A stretch of DNA of 59,685 nucleotides, the filler included, from Sluysia triapertura (lineage: Eukaryota), in assembly GCA_046118255.1 (NCBI GenBank). It is 5 parts of 5 records of this genome, joined end to end, with 100 filler letters (N's around TTAATTAATTAA, not from the genome) between each part and the next. Parts side by side here need not be neighbours in the genome. Positions count along the whole stretch, not along the records: positions 1 to 11,171 come from JBJNIA010187922.1; positions 11,272 to 23,229 come from JBJNIA010152716.1; 3 more parts are not named here. One strand, written 5' to 3'. The notes beneath the pieces were generated by a model. The model had not been told where the DNA came from. It did no database searches and saw only the letters and a list, made by a program, of their open reading frames with translations. Below, in pieces: positions 1-13,158 of the stretch (positions are counted from its first letter, which is position 1; each line of letters starts with the position of its first letter). Position numbers and translations under genes: made by a program.

Positions 1-302
1 AAAACACTAATTAACGATAAACTAAATAATAGCAATCCTATTAAAATGCGTACTTTTAATAATAAATTAAATCCATGTGCATGTTTTGAATATTTTAACC
101 AAAATAAATAATGACCTTCACTTTGACATAATATATTATTGATGGAACTAAATATTTTATATAAGCCTAATATCATCATAATTAAAAAGTATAATGCTAC
201 CAATGTACTGGGTTTCATATTTTATTATATTATTGATATTATTTTATTAATAAAATTATAATGATTAAAATTTATATATATTAAAACTTTGTTTTAAATA
301 AT

Positions 303-775
303 TTAATAATTTAATAATAATAAGTTGATAGTATCTCTTTTATACTTACAATCATTATTATCGTGTCGGTACCTCTCTGTGCTACTTAATTTTTTAACTA
401 TTCCTTTAAAAGTTCTTGACATAACATAAGTTCTTAAATCTTGACTTAAACCGGTTTTTAATATACTGTTATCATCAGGAAATTTTGCCATTTTACACGT
501 ATTTTAAGAGCGCCATTGAATTCATATATAGCGTTTAGTTAGGCTTTTGTTCCCTTAGCATAATATTTTATGATATCATCTAAAGAAATATCCTCAATAA
601 AAGTATTTACGAAGGTATTCCATATCTGTTTATCTTATTACTTATTTTACTTCAGTTAATTAGTTTTAAAATCTTTTAATTTTTTCGGATTCATTCCAGC
701 AGTTGGAGTCGGTGATAATATCATATTCGAATAAAAGTGGCAGAGATTCTCCTGTGTTCCGCTAATTTCGCAAAT
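303..775 (-). mobile_element. Decayed Ty3/gypsy-like gag ORF (LTR retrotransposon remnant)
   Basis: Minus-strand translation across frameshifts gives SGTQENLCHF/FEYDIITDSNCWNESEKIKRF*...DKQIWNTFVNTF...EQKPN*...MAKFPDDNSILKTGLSQDLRTYV. This follows the retrotransposon gag pattern FSG..FL..YE..N.W.E..K...W..F...Q.P.E..GL..DLR. It lies downstream of a PBS-like site at 1295-1312. Confidence 0.6.
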
Positions 776-1294
776 AATACATATATCGCCCTAACTGGGC
801 CTTATATTTCTTAAAATAGTTAGATAGTGTTATAATAAAAGAAATAATTTTGCAAAGTTTGGATTTGTAATCTATATCAACTTAACTCAATTATTGAATA
901 TGTACCTATCGAACAATTAATAAATCTTAAACTTGTCTTTAATAATTATCTTAAATTAAACTTAAATCAAAATATCAAATATTTAATTCTAACTTATCAA
1001 TGAAAGCAATAACTTATAAGCTTAAAATGTCAGGGAAATAAAACTTATGAAACTTAACAAATTTTACCTTACAACTTAATAATCACTTAAATAAAACTTA
1101 AAACTTACTTGAAATATACATTAAAAAGTTGAGTACACAAATAAAACTTTTATTATGACAATTTAAAGGTTTAAAACCTAAACTTAAAAAGCTAAATAAT
1201 TTAATCTTATAAATATGACTTAAATAACTTAACTTAAAACTTATTAACTTAACTTAACTATAACTTTTATTATTCTTATTTTATTTATCTTCGT

Positions 1295-1312
1295 TCCTCA
1301 CCCTGGGCACGA
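1295..1312 (-). promoter_or_regulatory. Primer-binding-site-like sequence (elongator tRNA-Met type) next to a putative LTR 3' end
   Basis: Minus strand reads ...AATAATAAATCCATCA TAATT TCGTGCCCAGGGTGAGGA: a CA end, a 5-nt spacer, then a 15/18 match to TGGTGCCCCGTGTGAGGA (complement of a tRNA-Met 3' end, from memory). It is on the same strand as, and upstream of, the gag remnant. Confidence 0.5.
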
Positions 1313-2977
1313 AATTATGATGGATTTATTATTAAAAGTGCTTAACTTACAATCATAAAAGAGTAAATTTTCATATTAGTAATTTCTCCTGTGATCCGGA
1401 GTCTCCGCAATTAAGAGATTGTCCGCAGGATTTTGTAAACGTTTATATGGTATTGACGAGATTGCCCAACTGTGGAACAGATGATGGATGGGAAACGCAT
1501 GAAATTACAAGTATGTGATAAATAGAAATAATAAAGTATTGTTGGAGTAAGAATTGTAAAGATGAAAATATCGAAAGTAATGTAGATACTGATGAATACC
1601 TTACAGTTTCAAAGTTCTATATAAGATGTTGAAGCCTCGTTGAAGCTTGAAATTGACTTGGAAAACATTTGAAGGCATTAGAGTGTTTTTGAGCTTGTGA
1701 GCCTTGGGATCATCTAGGACTTTATTGGCTTTTAAGTATTCTTGAAACCTTGAAAAGCACCTAAGATATTCGAGTTATCTTATAAAGTATTTAAAATCTT
1801 TAAAATATTTGAGAAATAGAATCATCGTTATTGGTAAATATAGTATGGTAATAATTAACATAAAGAACTAGAAAAGGAATAACAGAAGTGAAGGTGAAAA
1901 CATATAGAGCCTCCTGAATGCCTTATAAACTACTTAATAACTTTAGAACTTTAATAAAGCCTTTAAACATAGAATAAGATTAAGTATAAAATAGATTAAT
2001 TAATTAAAATCTTAATTAATCCAATTAAGAAAAAGTACGTTTTTGTGAATAACGTTTGGAAGCAGAAAATTAAGTTAAATTTGAAACTGTGTGTGTAGTT
2101 TGTTTTAAAAAGACCTTTCGATGAAGATATAGTTTGACCGAGTTCTTCCAAGGAAAGCTTTATGTTGAGTAAAGTCAAATTTTAATTAATTCTTTATTAT
2201 AAAATGTTGAGTTTTTTATATTAGAATGATGAAAATATAATGAACTGAATATGACATGATTCATATGAAAGAAGGATATCCAGAAGTGAGATTGAAATGA
2301 TTGTAGAGTGGTTTGTTTGAGAATAAGAACCTTAAGCATTTTTAATTAGAAAATTGGATGTGAAAAACTTAAAATCAATTAAATTCTAGAAACTAAAATT
2401 AAATTCATTAATGTTATGAATGTTAACAATGATTGTTGTTTTAATGTGAGAAGTAATTTAAGTAAAGGAAAATAATAGATAATCATAAATCGAAATTTTG
2501 TGTGTTGCACCTAATAAAGTTAGTGAGATTGTACCACGTAATTGTCAAAGTTGTTATTGTCGGATTAATTTTCAAAGAATGTTGCTATGATTTGTGTTGG
2601 GATGGTTTCGGTTGGGGTAAGGTTATGTTAAAATAGGTTATGAAAATAGTAAATCCAAACTTGTTACAATTAAAAAGCTTTATAATCTATTTAAACTTAC
2701 TAAATTTTAATTGTACTTGAAAAACATATTTAAAGAAAATGTGATCGTTACAAATAACATTACTTTTTAAATCTTTTATTAACAAGAAATTGGAAAAATA
2801 AAAGCTAAAACTATTTATTAAAGACACATATCTAGAGTTTGGGATAAAAATTATTTTTTTTCTTGAATACACCTCGAAATCCTAAAAGAATATGAATCAT
2901 ATAAATATGTAATTGATAAAATTAAATTAAATTAAAACTTAGCATTACACTGAGGTCCTGCAAAGTCTTGAAGCATA

Positions 2978-3669
2978 CTATTGATGAGCCAATGTCCGAT
3001 ACCAAGACTCCAATTCTGAAAATATGATCACTAAGGTCGAATGGTGAGCTAAAGAGATCATTAGTTTCAAAAATATCATGACTCTAGATACAGTCCTCGC
3101 CATATCTGGAACACTTTCCGCTTTGTGCTTTTGCATATAAACACAAGCCGCATTTATAATATCTAGATCGAAGAAGATCAATTTGGGAGTTTTTATATGA
3201 TAACTCCTGGTCAACGTAATGATGTTTTGAGTTTACTGCATTTGAACTAACTCTAGGTATATCGTTTTTGTTGTTTGAGCAGCTTTACTTGTGATAAAAG
3301 GTGAATCGACGTCGATAAGAAAATGTAAATGATTATATTTTGTGGTTAATTGTGTAGTTTCAATAAGTGGTACTTTATGTGTGGATAGTTTTAAAATTTG
3401 ATTAAAATTCACCTTTGTAGTATTAATTGTTGAATATCCACTACATGAAGCATACAAATCATTCGTGCGTTTAAAATAAATTTTGATTAAAATTGTTCTA
3501 AAATTGTAGCATGCACTTGAAGCTCGTTGATGGTTATTCCAAAATCAATAAATTGTGGCGAATGTCGATAAGGATGACTTTGTATAAAGTATTGTGGATT
3601 AATTGATAGCATTACTCCAACAGCTTTATCAGATTTGGTATATTTTGGATCTTTTTGATACTTCAACAT
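2978..3669 (-). pseudogene. Disrupted ORF of unknown family
   Basis: Three consecutive ORF-track pieces. 3233-3457 and 2978-3214 share a frame and are split by one TAA. 3487-3669 is in another frame. GC content is above the flanks and no motif was recognised. Confidence 0.4.
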
Positions 3670-4173
3670 TTGTTACGTATTACGAAAATACAATACAGAA
3701 GGAACAAGTTAAATGTAAATAATATAATATAAGAGGTGTTCAAAATGTATTCAACTGAAATTGATTTCCTTATTTAATGTCCATAAAATAAAGCTGGTCA
3801 ATTTTTATTAATTATTAAGCTAATGAATACTTTTATTTTTGTACTATACTTTTTAATTTTTAGTTAAATAATCACGCTGTGCACTGTGTAAAAAAATAAT
3901 CACATCTATTCTATACTTTTAAATATGCTATGAGGTTAAAAGCAGACACACAAAAAAACACTCATAATTCGAAATCTCAACGTTATGCATTATTATTTTT
4001 ATTAATCTCTTTCACTGTGCTTGTGTGTGCATCAACAAACGTGATTATGAAAGTATAAACAATTATCCATTGGCTATTCAACCAGAATAAGTGACAATGT
4101 TGCAAATAGTGATTTCTGGTTGGACAACCAATGAGTCGTTATTCTAACTATTAAAATTGATTTCAACTAGTAT

Positions 4174-4240
4174 CTGTCATCGGTAGACAGCAAACGTGAA
4201 ATGTTAGTTTAGCTTTAATTAATCTGTTTACCGATGGCAG
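4174..4240. repeat. Imperfect inverted repeat (hairpin), probably a MITE-type remnant
   Basis: CTGTCATCGGTAGACAG ... CTGTTTACCGATGGCAG, 15/17 complementary. Confidence 0.55.
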
Positions 4241-5262
4241 CAAATAAATTAAAATTGGTCACGGAGACAAAATAACCCGCAATAAAATGATGACGACAAC
4301 GATATCAAAAATGACAGTTATAATAATAATAATTATAATAATTAAAAAACATAAATTCTTTAATTTTTAAAACACAACACGATGTTTCCTTTAATTTAAA
4401 TATCATTTCTCGACATATAATAAATAAAATTGCCTAAATAATATTATTTGTATCTATGTTATTTGACATTTTTCTAAATAAATTTTGCAATACAAGTTTT
4501 GAATCTTGCTACTTTTGAAAAAGAATTTGTCGAGTAATTACTAAGTTGTGAATTACTAAGCTGATAAGAAAATGTTTGGAGGAAACGATTGATAACTGAA
4601 ATGTTTAAGAAATATTATTTTGATTACAATGCATAAAAATGGTTTCGAAGTGTTAATTTAATGTTTTAAATAATATTAGGGATTGAATGGTGAGGATTAT
4701 GAATTTGAAATGTTTTAAATTAATTTGAAGATAACTGTTCATTAATTTAGGATGTGATTGTGGTTCTAATGTTATAAAATCCTTTATACATATTTTAGAA
4801 GAGTTGTTAGATATAGATTGATAATTTTAAATGAATGTTTAAATAAACATTGATGGCTTTGCGAATCATTATGATTTGGATATTGTAAGCTTGTGAATTG
4901 AGATGTTTTAGATAAACTGTAAATTTTAAATTGATGGTTTTAAATGTAATTGTAATTTGATATTATGAATTATGAGTTGAAATGTTTTAAGTAAAATTTA
5001 ATGTGCGTTAATAGTATGGACGTGAATGAAATTTTAATGTTATGTTTTGAGAAATTTGTAATAAGGTTTTATTGAAGGTAAAGAAGATAAAATATGAAAA
5101 GATTTAGATGTATGAGTATTTAAAATGATATTGAGTTTTATGTTTGAAATGTTTGATGGTATTAAGCGTTGTAAAATGTTATGAAGAGTGACTTTGTTAT
5201 GTCAGAGAAAAAAAAATAAAATTTGTTAAAAGTTATAGATTGGCCACCACATTTATTACCCA

Positions 5263-5600
5263 ATGAATGACTTAAATGATGAAGATTTTATAACATATTT
5301 ACAAAGAAACAATTTAATATTGAGTGAAGTAAAATGAGATGATTGCACCTTGGAAATGCACCTTAAGCCAACACATGGAAACATGGATAAGTGTAATTGG
5401 TGATGTATGATTGTGCATTGTCAGAAATGTAAAAAGACAAACACCTTTTTTGAAGGATTTAAAATGCCTATCAAAAAAATCTTGTTAGAGATCTGTTGTT
5501 ATGCTTCCATTAGCATCTTTTCATGTATCTCTTTATCTTTTATTAGCTCTTTGAAAAAGAAATGAATGAATATTATGAAAGAAGTTAACTCAGATGAATT
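5263..5600 (+). mobile_element. Merlin (IS1595/ISXO2-like) transposase N-terminal zinc-finger region, pseudogenised
   Basis: MNDLNDEDFITYLQRNNLILSEVK*DDCTLEMHLKPTHGNMDKCNW*CMIVHCQKCKKTNTFFEGFKMPIKKIL fits the Merlin pattern L...L....CxxC...M.L....D...WRC...C......TFFE..K(L/M). Confidence 0.65.
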
Positions 5601-7529
5601 AAAGTTAAAAATCGCAATGAGGACACTTTCTCTTGTTGCTATAAGTACAAGCCCATGCAATGGTTATGTTGAACAAAGGTTACGGATCGAACAAATGAAC
5701 CCTTTTAAAATATAACGTTTGAAGTTGTGCCACCAACTTAATAAAAATCATAGCACAACTATAAAAAATATTTCATAAATAAAATAAGCACCTTTTTAAT
5801 AACAAAATGTAACATGAACAATTCTAACTAAATTTTAATTCTTTATATCAAAAATGCAATATTATTAATATTTTTTTAACACGTCGCTGTTATTTAATAT
5901 CTGCTATTTTGCGATTTTGATAGCAGTCTGCTAACGTTATTTTTAATTAACAGCTAAAAAACAGCAGAATACCAAATAGCATAACATCTCTAGTGCACAT
6001 GTATAATTGCTCTATGAATCTGTAAGTATATTTGCTTTGAAATTTTATTCTTGATGATTGTTCTACATCAAGAACGTAAATTATGGAATTCGATGATGGA
6101 ATTACTGGAATTGGTAAAAAAATAACAAAAAATATTCAAAGAAAAAACAAAACTTTGTTTGTAAAATCTAACAATTTTAAAATTTTTAGCACCCACAAAT
6201 TATTATCACGCGTCCCATAGTGGATATTTCTTAAAGTTGGATTTTTTTGTCAACTTGATTGTCGTAATGTGAGTCAGACAGAGTCTGAATATTAATATTC
6301 AAATTCTTAAAATGAACATCAACTTGGAACGGATATCAAATTTATATAAAACATATTTTCAAATAAGTTACATTTTACATTTTTTTAATAAATCAGAAAT
6401 ATTTATATCCATAATTTTACAAAGATCTTGGAGGCGTTTTATTTTCTCCAAGGGCACACCTAAATATAGAATATTATCATTTTTGATTTGATTTGGATGA
6501 AGGTTATTTATCTTGAAGTTTATTTTGAAATGTTTTCATAAAAGAGAGTTTTTTAATAATTTCCGACCTTTGTATTTACCGCTCTTGATAATAATAATAA
6601 AAAAATATCATTGTTTATTTTAATAAAATAAAATAAAAAACACCTAAATACAAAGGAATATTCATTATTATATTTGTATGTAATGACTCGATGTATCTCT
6701 TGATGTGGCGATTAATTAGTAGTGGATTGAGATAAACAAAGTAAATGTAATTTATAATGAGTAATTATTTAACACATTTTACCAAATATTAATTGTATTA
6801 TAAAATCTGCTTGTTTTAAAATCGATGAAAATGTAGTTCGACACACAAAAATTATTGAAACGATTATTAATAAAAAAGCAGATAGAAAAAAAATTAATTA
6901 CGCCAAGCTGATTTAATGGAATGATTCCATATTTAAAAATCAATGATGAATAAAACTATATTTTAAATTGTGTTAATGTGAAATCAATCAATAAATTTTC
7001 AAACTGGTGTGTGTAATACATACATGGAATTACTCATTAGTCTCCATTTAATAAGCACAATATCGCATTGATTGTGCTGAAAAAAAACATTTTTTAAAAA
7101 ATGTAATAAAAAAGTAGTATGAAAAAGCAATTTAAAACAAGAAAAAATAAAACAAAGTTGTAGATTATTGTAAATGAGAGATTCTGTTATGCATGTATTA
7201 AAAGATGAAGAATTAGAAGTTTACTTAAAAACTAATAATCTGCCACATTGAATTGGTGTTTAACTATTATTAAAGAAAGATAAAGAAAATTTCAATGTTT
7301 TGAATCTTAAAATAAATTTAAAAATAAGCTAAATTAAATTAACAAATGACAAATAGTTAATTTTATATACAAATAAAATTTTTTAATGATATTTTTATTG
7401 TTCTATTTTATATTTAATTCCATATTACGTATAAAAACTATGTTTAATTTTATTACCAATAAAATTTTTATGACTAGAATTTCTCTTGTTATAAATAGAC
7501 AGAAAACATTGGTAAGCAAGTCATGATTA

Positions 7530-8245
7530 CTTGTTCGCGAACTACTTGAATTGACTTAACAATATTGGAATAATTGTTTTCGCCATTCGGGATTAATTGC
7601 TTTCTCCTGTCTTCAGAGTTATTTTTTATATCGATTGGATATTCATTAACTGGAACAATATTTATATTTGACTATTCGAAACATTCGAAGCAATCAATGT
7701 CGAAGTCGTAAGTTTATTTGTTATAGGATTTTCCATTCAATTAGTACAGGGTTAAAATTTTACTCAAATTCTCTATTATTTTCAGCTAAAAATAATTCCT
7801 CGCTTATAATTTGTTTAAAATCAAATTGTAAATTAAGGAAATAACCTTTAAATCATCACTACATAAAATTAATTTACACATTGAGTTTAATTTTAGTATA
7901 AAAAGTTTAGCTTCATTTTTATTTGTATTTATTTCATAGAAGGGATAATTGTAAAGTTATTAAGAATTCACATAATTCCATATTGACACAAAGATTAAGA
8001 GAAAATTTTCTCCTTATCCAATCTTTCATTCTAAAAACAATTGTGCCTTCCGTAGGATATAAATGTCAGACTACAGGCGAACCTGTAAGTTATTAAGTTC
8101 ATATTTGTTGAAATAAAAGAAAGAAAATTTCAGCAGAATATATTCTATAAGAGTTTAAGAAAATATATAGTCAAATTAATACCAGTTGTACGAAATAATA
8201 ATGCATATTTAATAAAAGCTGGTCATAAATCACTTTAGAACGAAG
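7530..8245 (+). pseudogene. Possible decayed multi-exon gene (includes Ig-like ..YKCQTTGEP)
   Basis: A run of AG...GTAAGT-bounded segments. 7940-8084 is open and ends YKCQTTGEP|gtaagt. Neighbouring segments contain stops. Confidence 0.3.
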
Positions 8246-8346
8246 GTAATGAATTATTTATTGATGAAAATTTTTCTCCAAAATACAAGATATATATAAT
8301 CGTAAAACACAAAAAAATTAAGTAGTTAACCTCTATGTATGTATGT

Positions 8347-8960
8347 ATGTATGCCGATGATGTGAAAAATATATACTGAATTTGATATCAAAATAACATA
8401 GAAAATAATGTTCAAAGAACAGAAGAACTAGTATCTGAATTAATAAATTGGTTTAGAAATAAATATTTGAAAATCAATGAAGAAAAGTCAGAATTTATAA
8501 TTTTCAGTAATAAAATTAGCCACAATACTAAAATAAACGAAATAAAGTTAAATTGTAGATGGTAAGGTACTGAAAGCGAAACTAAAAGTTGAAATATTTA
8601 AGCTGTTATAAGGATTCCAAATGAATATGGAAGAAAATATTAATTGAATTGTTAAAAAGTGTAAATATCAATTAAAGAAAATATCAAATATTCGAAAATA
8701 TATTAATAAAGAAATAGCCAAACTAATTTTAATAATGGTATATTGTACTAAATTGCATAAAGAACAGTGTAAAAACTACAATTAATAATAAATCAATCAG
8801 CAAGACTAATTTTCAAGTCACAAAGAAGTTACACTGATTACCAAAAAAAAGGAAAGAGTAGAATTCAAAATCATGACAATAATTTTCAAATGCGGAAATT
8901 CTGAATACCTCTTAAAAATAGTAAAATTTCCAAACCCAAAATGAGTATACTGAATCCAGA
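8347..8960 (+). mobile_element. L2/CR1-group non-LTR retrotransposon RT 3' fragment (5'-truncated, decayed)
   Basis: MYADDVK (YADD at 8350-8361)...ELINWFRNKYLKINEEKSEFIIF...IVKKCKYQLKKISNIRKYI...KLQLIINQSARLIF...RVEFKIMTIIFKC, the typical C-terminal half of an L2 RT. Confidence 0.85.
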
Positions 8961-9837
8961 TTGATTGTAAGATAGGTGGTAGGCTATACATCGTTTATGT
9001 TTCAAAAATAAACAACCAACTACTAGATGATTATAAAGGTAACGTTTTTTCTGCTTCAGAAATATTGTAGTAAATGATTTATTTCAAGCAATTTGAGTAC
9101 TGATTTTCCAGTAGATATTAGTGAAATATAAATTAATAGATTATTATTAATTATTATTAGTAGAAAGAAATCACACCATCCCTCTAGAGAGGAGTTGGAT
9201 TAGAGTTCTGATTGGTTAGAGTGAATATAACATTAAATTTGGATTTGGTGTTCATTAATTGGAAAAGGATTTATACGATGCTTATTCTATTTGTACATAT
9301 GTGGTGATTCAAAACCCTAATACGTTCCTTTAAACACAAATTCACATTTAATTATTCACAGTCTTGTCTTTATTTTCACGCTTCCACACATTCATATAAT
9401 TGGAAACTTTCAACAACTCTTCTCTACAATAAAAATCAAATTAATTATTAAAATAAAATATTATTAACTATTGCAATTAAATTACTAAATATTATAATAG
9501 TGTTCAATATCTCATTTCCTCTCACAATTTCTATTTATATAATTGAATTAATATTTTAATCATTACCATCAATATTATTTTATTAAATATTTAATTATTT
9601 TTTATTTTTCGTTATTTTTATCATTTTTATTTTTTTTTCCTTAAATTTTCATAGATTTTTTCTCTATTTTAAATTCGTTATTGAAATTTTTTTGTGCCAG
9701 CTCTCGAAGATTATATTAATTTAGATTCAAATATTGTTGAATATCAAGGATAAAGATATTGATGTTTTAGAAATGAGTGTTGTTAAACATAAAACTAAAG
9801 GTTTAGGAAAAAATTTAGATCTATATGATAATTTTAA

Positions 9838-10204
9838 CCCTTTAAGTACGAGTAACATCAATAAGTGTTGTTTATGCTAGCGTTTGGATATATCAGTTGT
9901 ATACAGTATGATAGAATATTTTAGATTTGTTTGTATCATGTCTATTCCGTACTTAGAATTACGGAAGTCCTAAATAATTTACTAGTCTCATTGCTTCATT
10001 AATTTCATTCAGATTTCTATATTTTTCCAAGTGAGTCATTATCGTTATATCAACTTCTCGCTCTGATGATTCAGACAGTGATGTAAAAGAATACTTGAGT
10101 GAAATAGAAAGTAGTAATAGTAGTGATACCATCAATGAAATTTCACGACGGATTTTTTGCGTTCTGCGAATACGATATTGCGAAATAAACTAGTACAAAA
10201 AGGG
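9838..10204 (+). mobile_element. Non-autonomous piggyBac-type element (367 bp) with TTAA target-site duplication
   Basis: TTAA|CCCTTTAAGTACGAGT ... ACTAGTACAAAAAGGG|TTAA (TIR 13/16). An internal acidic stretch SDDSDSDVKEYLSEIESSNSSD resembles a piggyBac transposase N-terminus. Confidence 0.75.
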
Positions 10205-10719
10205 TTAATAAAGATTTAAGTGTTCCGAATCAAAAAGGTGAAAAGTGTGTGTGTGTTTTATATTTTGAAAGTATTAAATCTAAATATGTATTTGTTCAAG
10301 AAGTAAATAGTGTAAAATTCAAAGATATGTCTACTTTCGAATTAAGTAACATCAAGTCCAGCCAACTTTAAGGCGAAGTCAGAAAGTTTGGTAGAAGACA
10401 ATGAAGATGATTGAGTAAGTTTTGATAATAATAATAATAATAGAAAAATTTTTAAGTGATTGATTATAAGCTTTGTAAGGCAGGTAACCTTTCTGAACTT
10501 TGTAGTATACAAGTTACATCTTAATTTATTAATTCATCCAATTCCTGTTTTAATAAATGTATGTTATATTCATCTAAATTATGAAATAATCTAGGTAAAT
10601 TCGCACAAATTATTCTACTTAAATTACATTTATTAAAAGATCTTTGTCATGATCTTTGACAAGTTTAGTAGCTATGTTTTTTTACACAAATAACATGATT
10701 TTGCTTTATTCAACTGAAA

Positions 10720-10960
10720 TTGTTCGTAATTAGTTGACTTCGTTTCTTTTACATGTTGAACAATTTATTCAAATTTATTTAAATAACTTACTACACATTT
10801 ATCACCAACAAAACTGTAGTATTCCGTTTTTTTGGTCTGCTAATAATAAAGTTTTCGTTTGGCTGGAAGTAATACAGATTCAGTAGTTGCAAAACTAACA
10901 AATAATGGTGATACTGATTTATAGTGACAAATAAAGTCACATTTATTATTCGTTAAGATT
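10720..10960 (-). mobile_element. Possible hAT (Charlie/Buster-like) transposase C-terminal remnant
   Basis: LFVSFATT...QTKKRN resembles the hAT dimerisation motif L.PFATTYLCE.GFS...KTK.R. Heavily decayed. Confidence 0.35.
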
Positions 10961-11171
10961 TTTTCTACACAACTTAATGTGTTTATTAGATGAGATATTT
11001 CTTCTAAATACTCTTAGACACTTTGTACACAACTTACAACTAATTCTTAAAAAGTTCTTCATGTCTACATTAAGAAGTATATTTAAGTCCTTTATAGCTA
11101 TATAATGGAATATAATTTCGTCTTTCAGTAATAATAAATTAATAATTGTTTTACTATTGAACTTATTTAGC

Positions 11172-11271
11172 NNNNNNNNNNNNNNNNNNNNNNNNNNNNN
11201 NNNNNNNNNNNNNNNTTAATTAATTAANNNNNNNNNNNNNNNNNNNNNNNNNNNNNNNNNNNNNNNNNNNN
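11172..11271. other. Artificial scaffold-joining spacer
   Basis: N44-TTAATTAATTAA-N44, a six-frame stop linker. Confidence 0.95.
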
Positions 11272-12452
11272 GTAGTTACAAGTTTTATAAAGAAAGTAGA
11301 ATTGAAGGATATATAGTGCAGACTTTTATAATAAAGATATAATCGAATTTAGATAAAGATTGAAGACCAAGACAGATTTTCACATTGGTGTATAAGTTGT
11401 AAAATAATACAAATCCTATAAAAATATTTATTACACTTATATTTGGTAAGTTTTCATTTAATTCACATTGCATTATTTCATTTAAGGAACATTCTTTAGT
11501 TGAAAAGGATACATACTAATGTTAATGATAATTTGAGTTGATTTTACGGAAATTGCGTTTCAATACAATTACAATTTTAAACTTCAATTTTTAGAACGTA
11601 GAATTATAAATTATTTATAAATTATAAATTATAGCTTATAAATTATTTATGCATAATTGTAATTATTTGACTATAATTCAATAAGATTCACATTTAAATG
11701 GTCTTTTTAATGTTAGATTATTATTAGACTAAATATAAATTAAAATTATAAAGAAAATCAATAAATTGTTTAACAAACAAGGATTTATGTGGAAATTTAT
11801 TTTTATTATATTTATGTTCCATTCTTGTTATAGTAAGTGTTTATTTTAAAATAAAATATAATTTTCAAAACTAAAATTTTCTAAATAAATATATCGTATT
11901 AAAATATTAACAAATCGATATAAATGTAGATTTAATAAAATAAGTTGTTATAAATGAATCCGTTTTTTAAAGTCTTAATCGAAATATTAGCATTCAATAG
12001 GTATTTTTTCTTGTACGACGTATGTTCCGTACACCTTTGCTATGGCGCTCAAAATTATGAAACTTATGACCAATCGTAGGAAATTATTTTTCATTTCAAT
12101 AGAATTTCATTAAGAAAAAATAAAATTAATTTACCCAATTGGGTTTTGAATCATCAGATACCAGAAATTTAAAATTTATTCTGAAGTAATATTAATGAGA
12201 AATGAAAAGCTTCCATACCAGCAAACCACGAAAATCAAAGGGTAATCAAAATTTCTTTATATATGTATCTAACGACATAAAATAAACTTTTATGGGAACA
12301 TTATCAAATAAAATATTGTGTTTCAATTTCATCTCTTTAGATTAAATTTCTTTAAATGTATTTATTGTTTAGCAACCATAAAAAAATTAAACTATTTTAT
12401 CGTATGATAATTAAATATAAAATTTATTTTTATGTTTAACATAATGAAACAG

Positions 12453-13158
12453 GTGCATAAGGCATGAAATATACTATCATTTAGGTAACAATAATAATGG
12501 ATTTTCGTGGTACAGAAATGATAAATATAATAATACATTTGTAATTAGTGGTATTTCTGCAACTTTTTATTGCAAGGAACATAATAAAATTTTCAAAGAA
12601 AAATGTAAATGGACAGATAACAGCAATAGATATACATCAGAATTTATCACGTATGGCCAAGGTTTGGATAAACATAATGGGCATCCTTATTGCTTTATAA
12701 AATTTGAAGCTAGTTCGAATCCTGGAGATTACAATATTTCATGTGTTAAAAATACCTTAACATCTATAAATCTTACAATTACAAGTGTTAGCAACATATC
12801 TACAATTAAAGTCACTTCCGAGGAAAAATCAAACGATTCTCTGTTAATAATTAATTTGGCCTCACAAATTTTTAAGTGTACCTCAAACAGTAAAAGATTA
12901 AATAAAGCATTTTCATTTTATTGGGCTTATGTAAATGAACAATTTAAATACTACAGTAATATTAAAATAGATTTTCTAAATGTTGAAGAAAATGCTAAAC
13001 CAGGAAAATATTCAGCTTTATGTTATGTGTATCTACTTAATTACAATTTATCGAAGCTGTTTGAATTTCATGTTATTACGTATACATCAACTGCTGTAGT
13101 TGGAAATACTTTTCTCAACATATTACTTGTTACTCAAGCATGTCATTATTTGGTGTAA
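12453..13158 (+). CDS. Exon of a cell-surface protein with two Ig-like domains (5' exon not resolved)
   Basis: The frame is open from 12448, with an acceptor aaacag at 12452. It has paired Cys/Trp motifs (FYC..CKW..PGDYNISC; FKC..FSFYW..PGKYSALCYV), several N-glycosylation sequons and a hydrophobic C-terminus. Confidence 0.55.
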
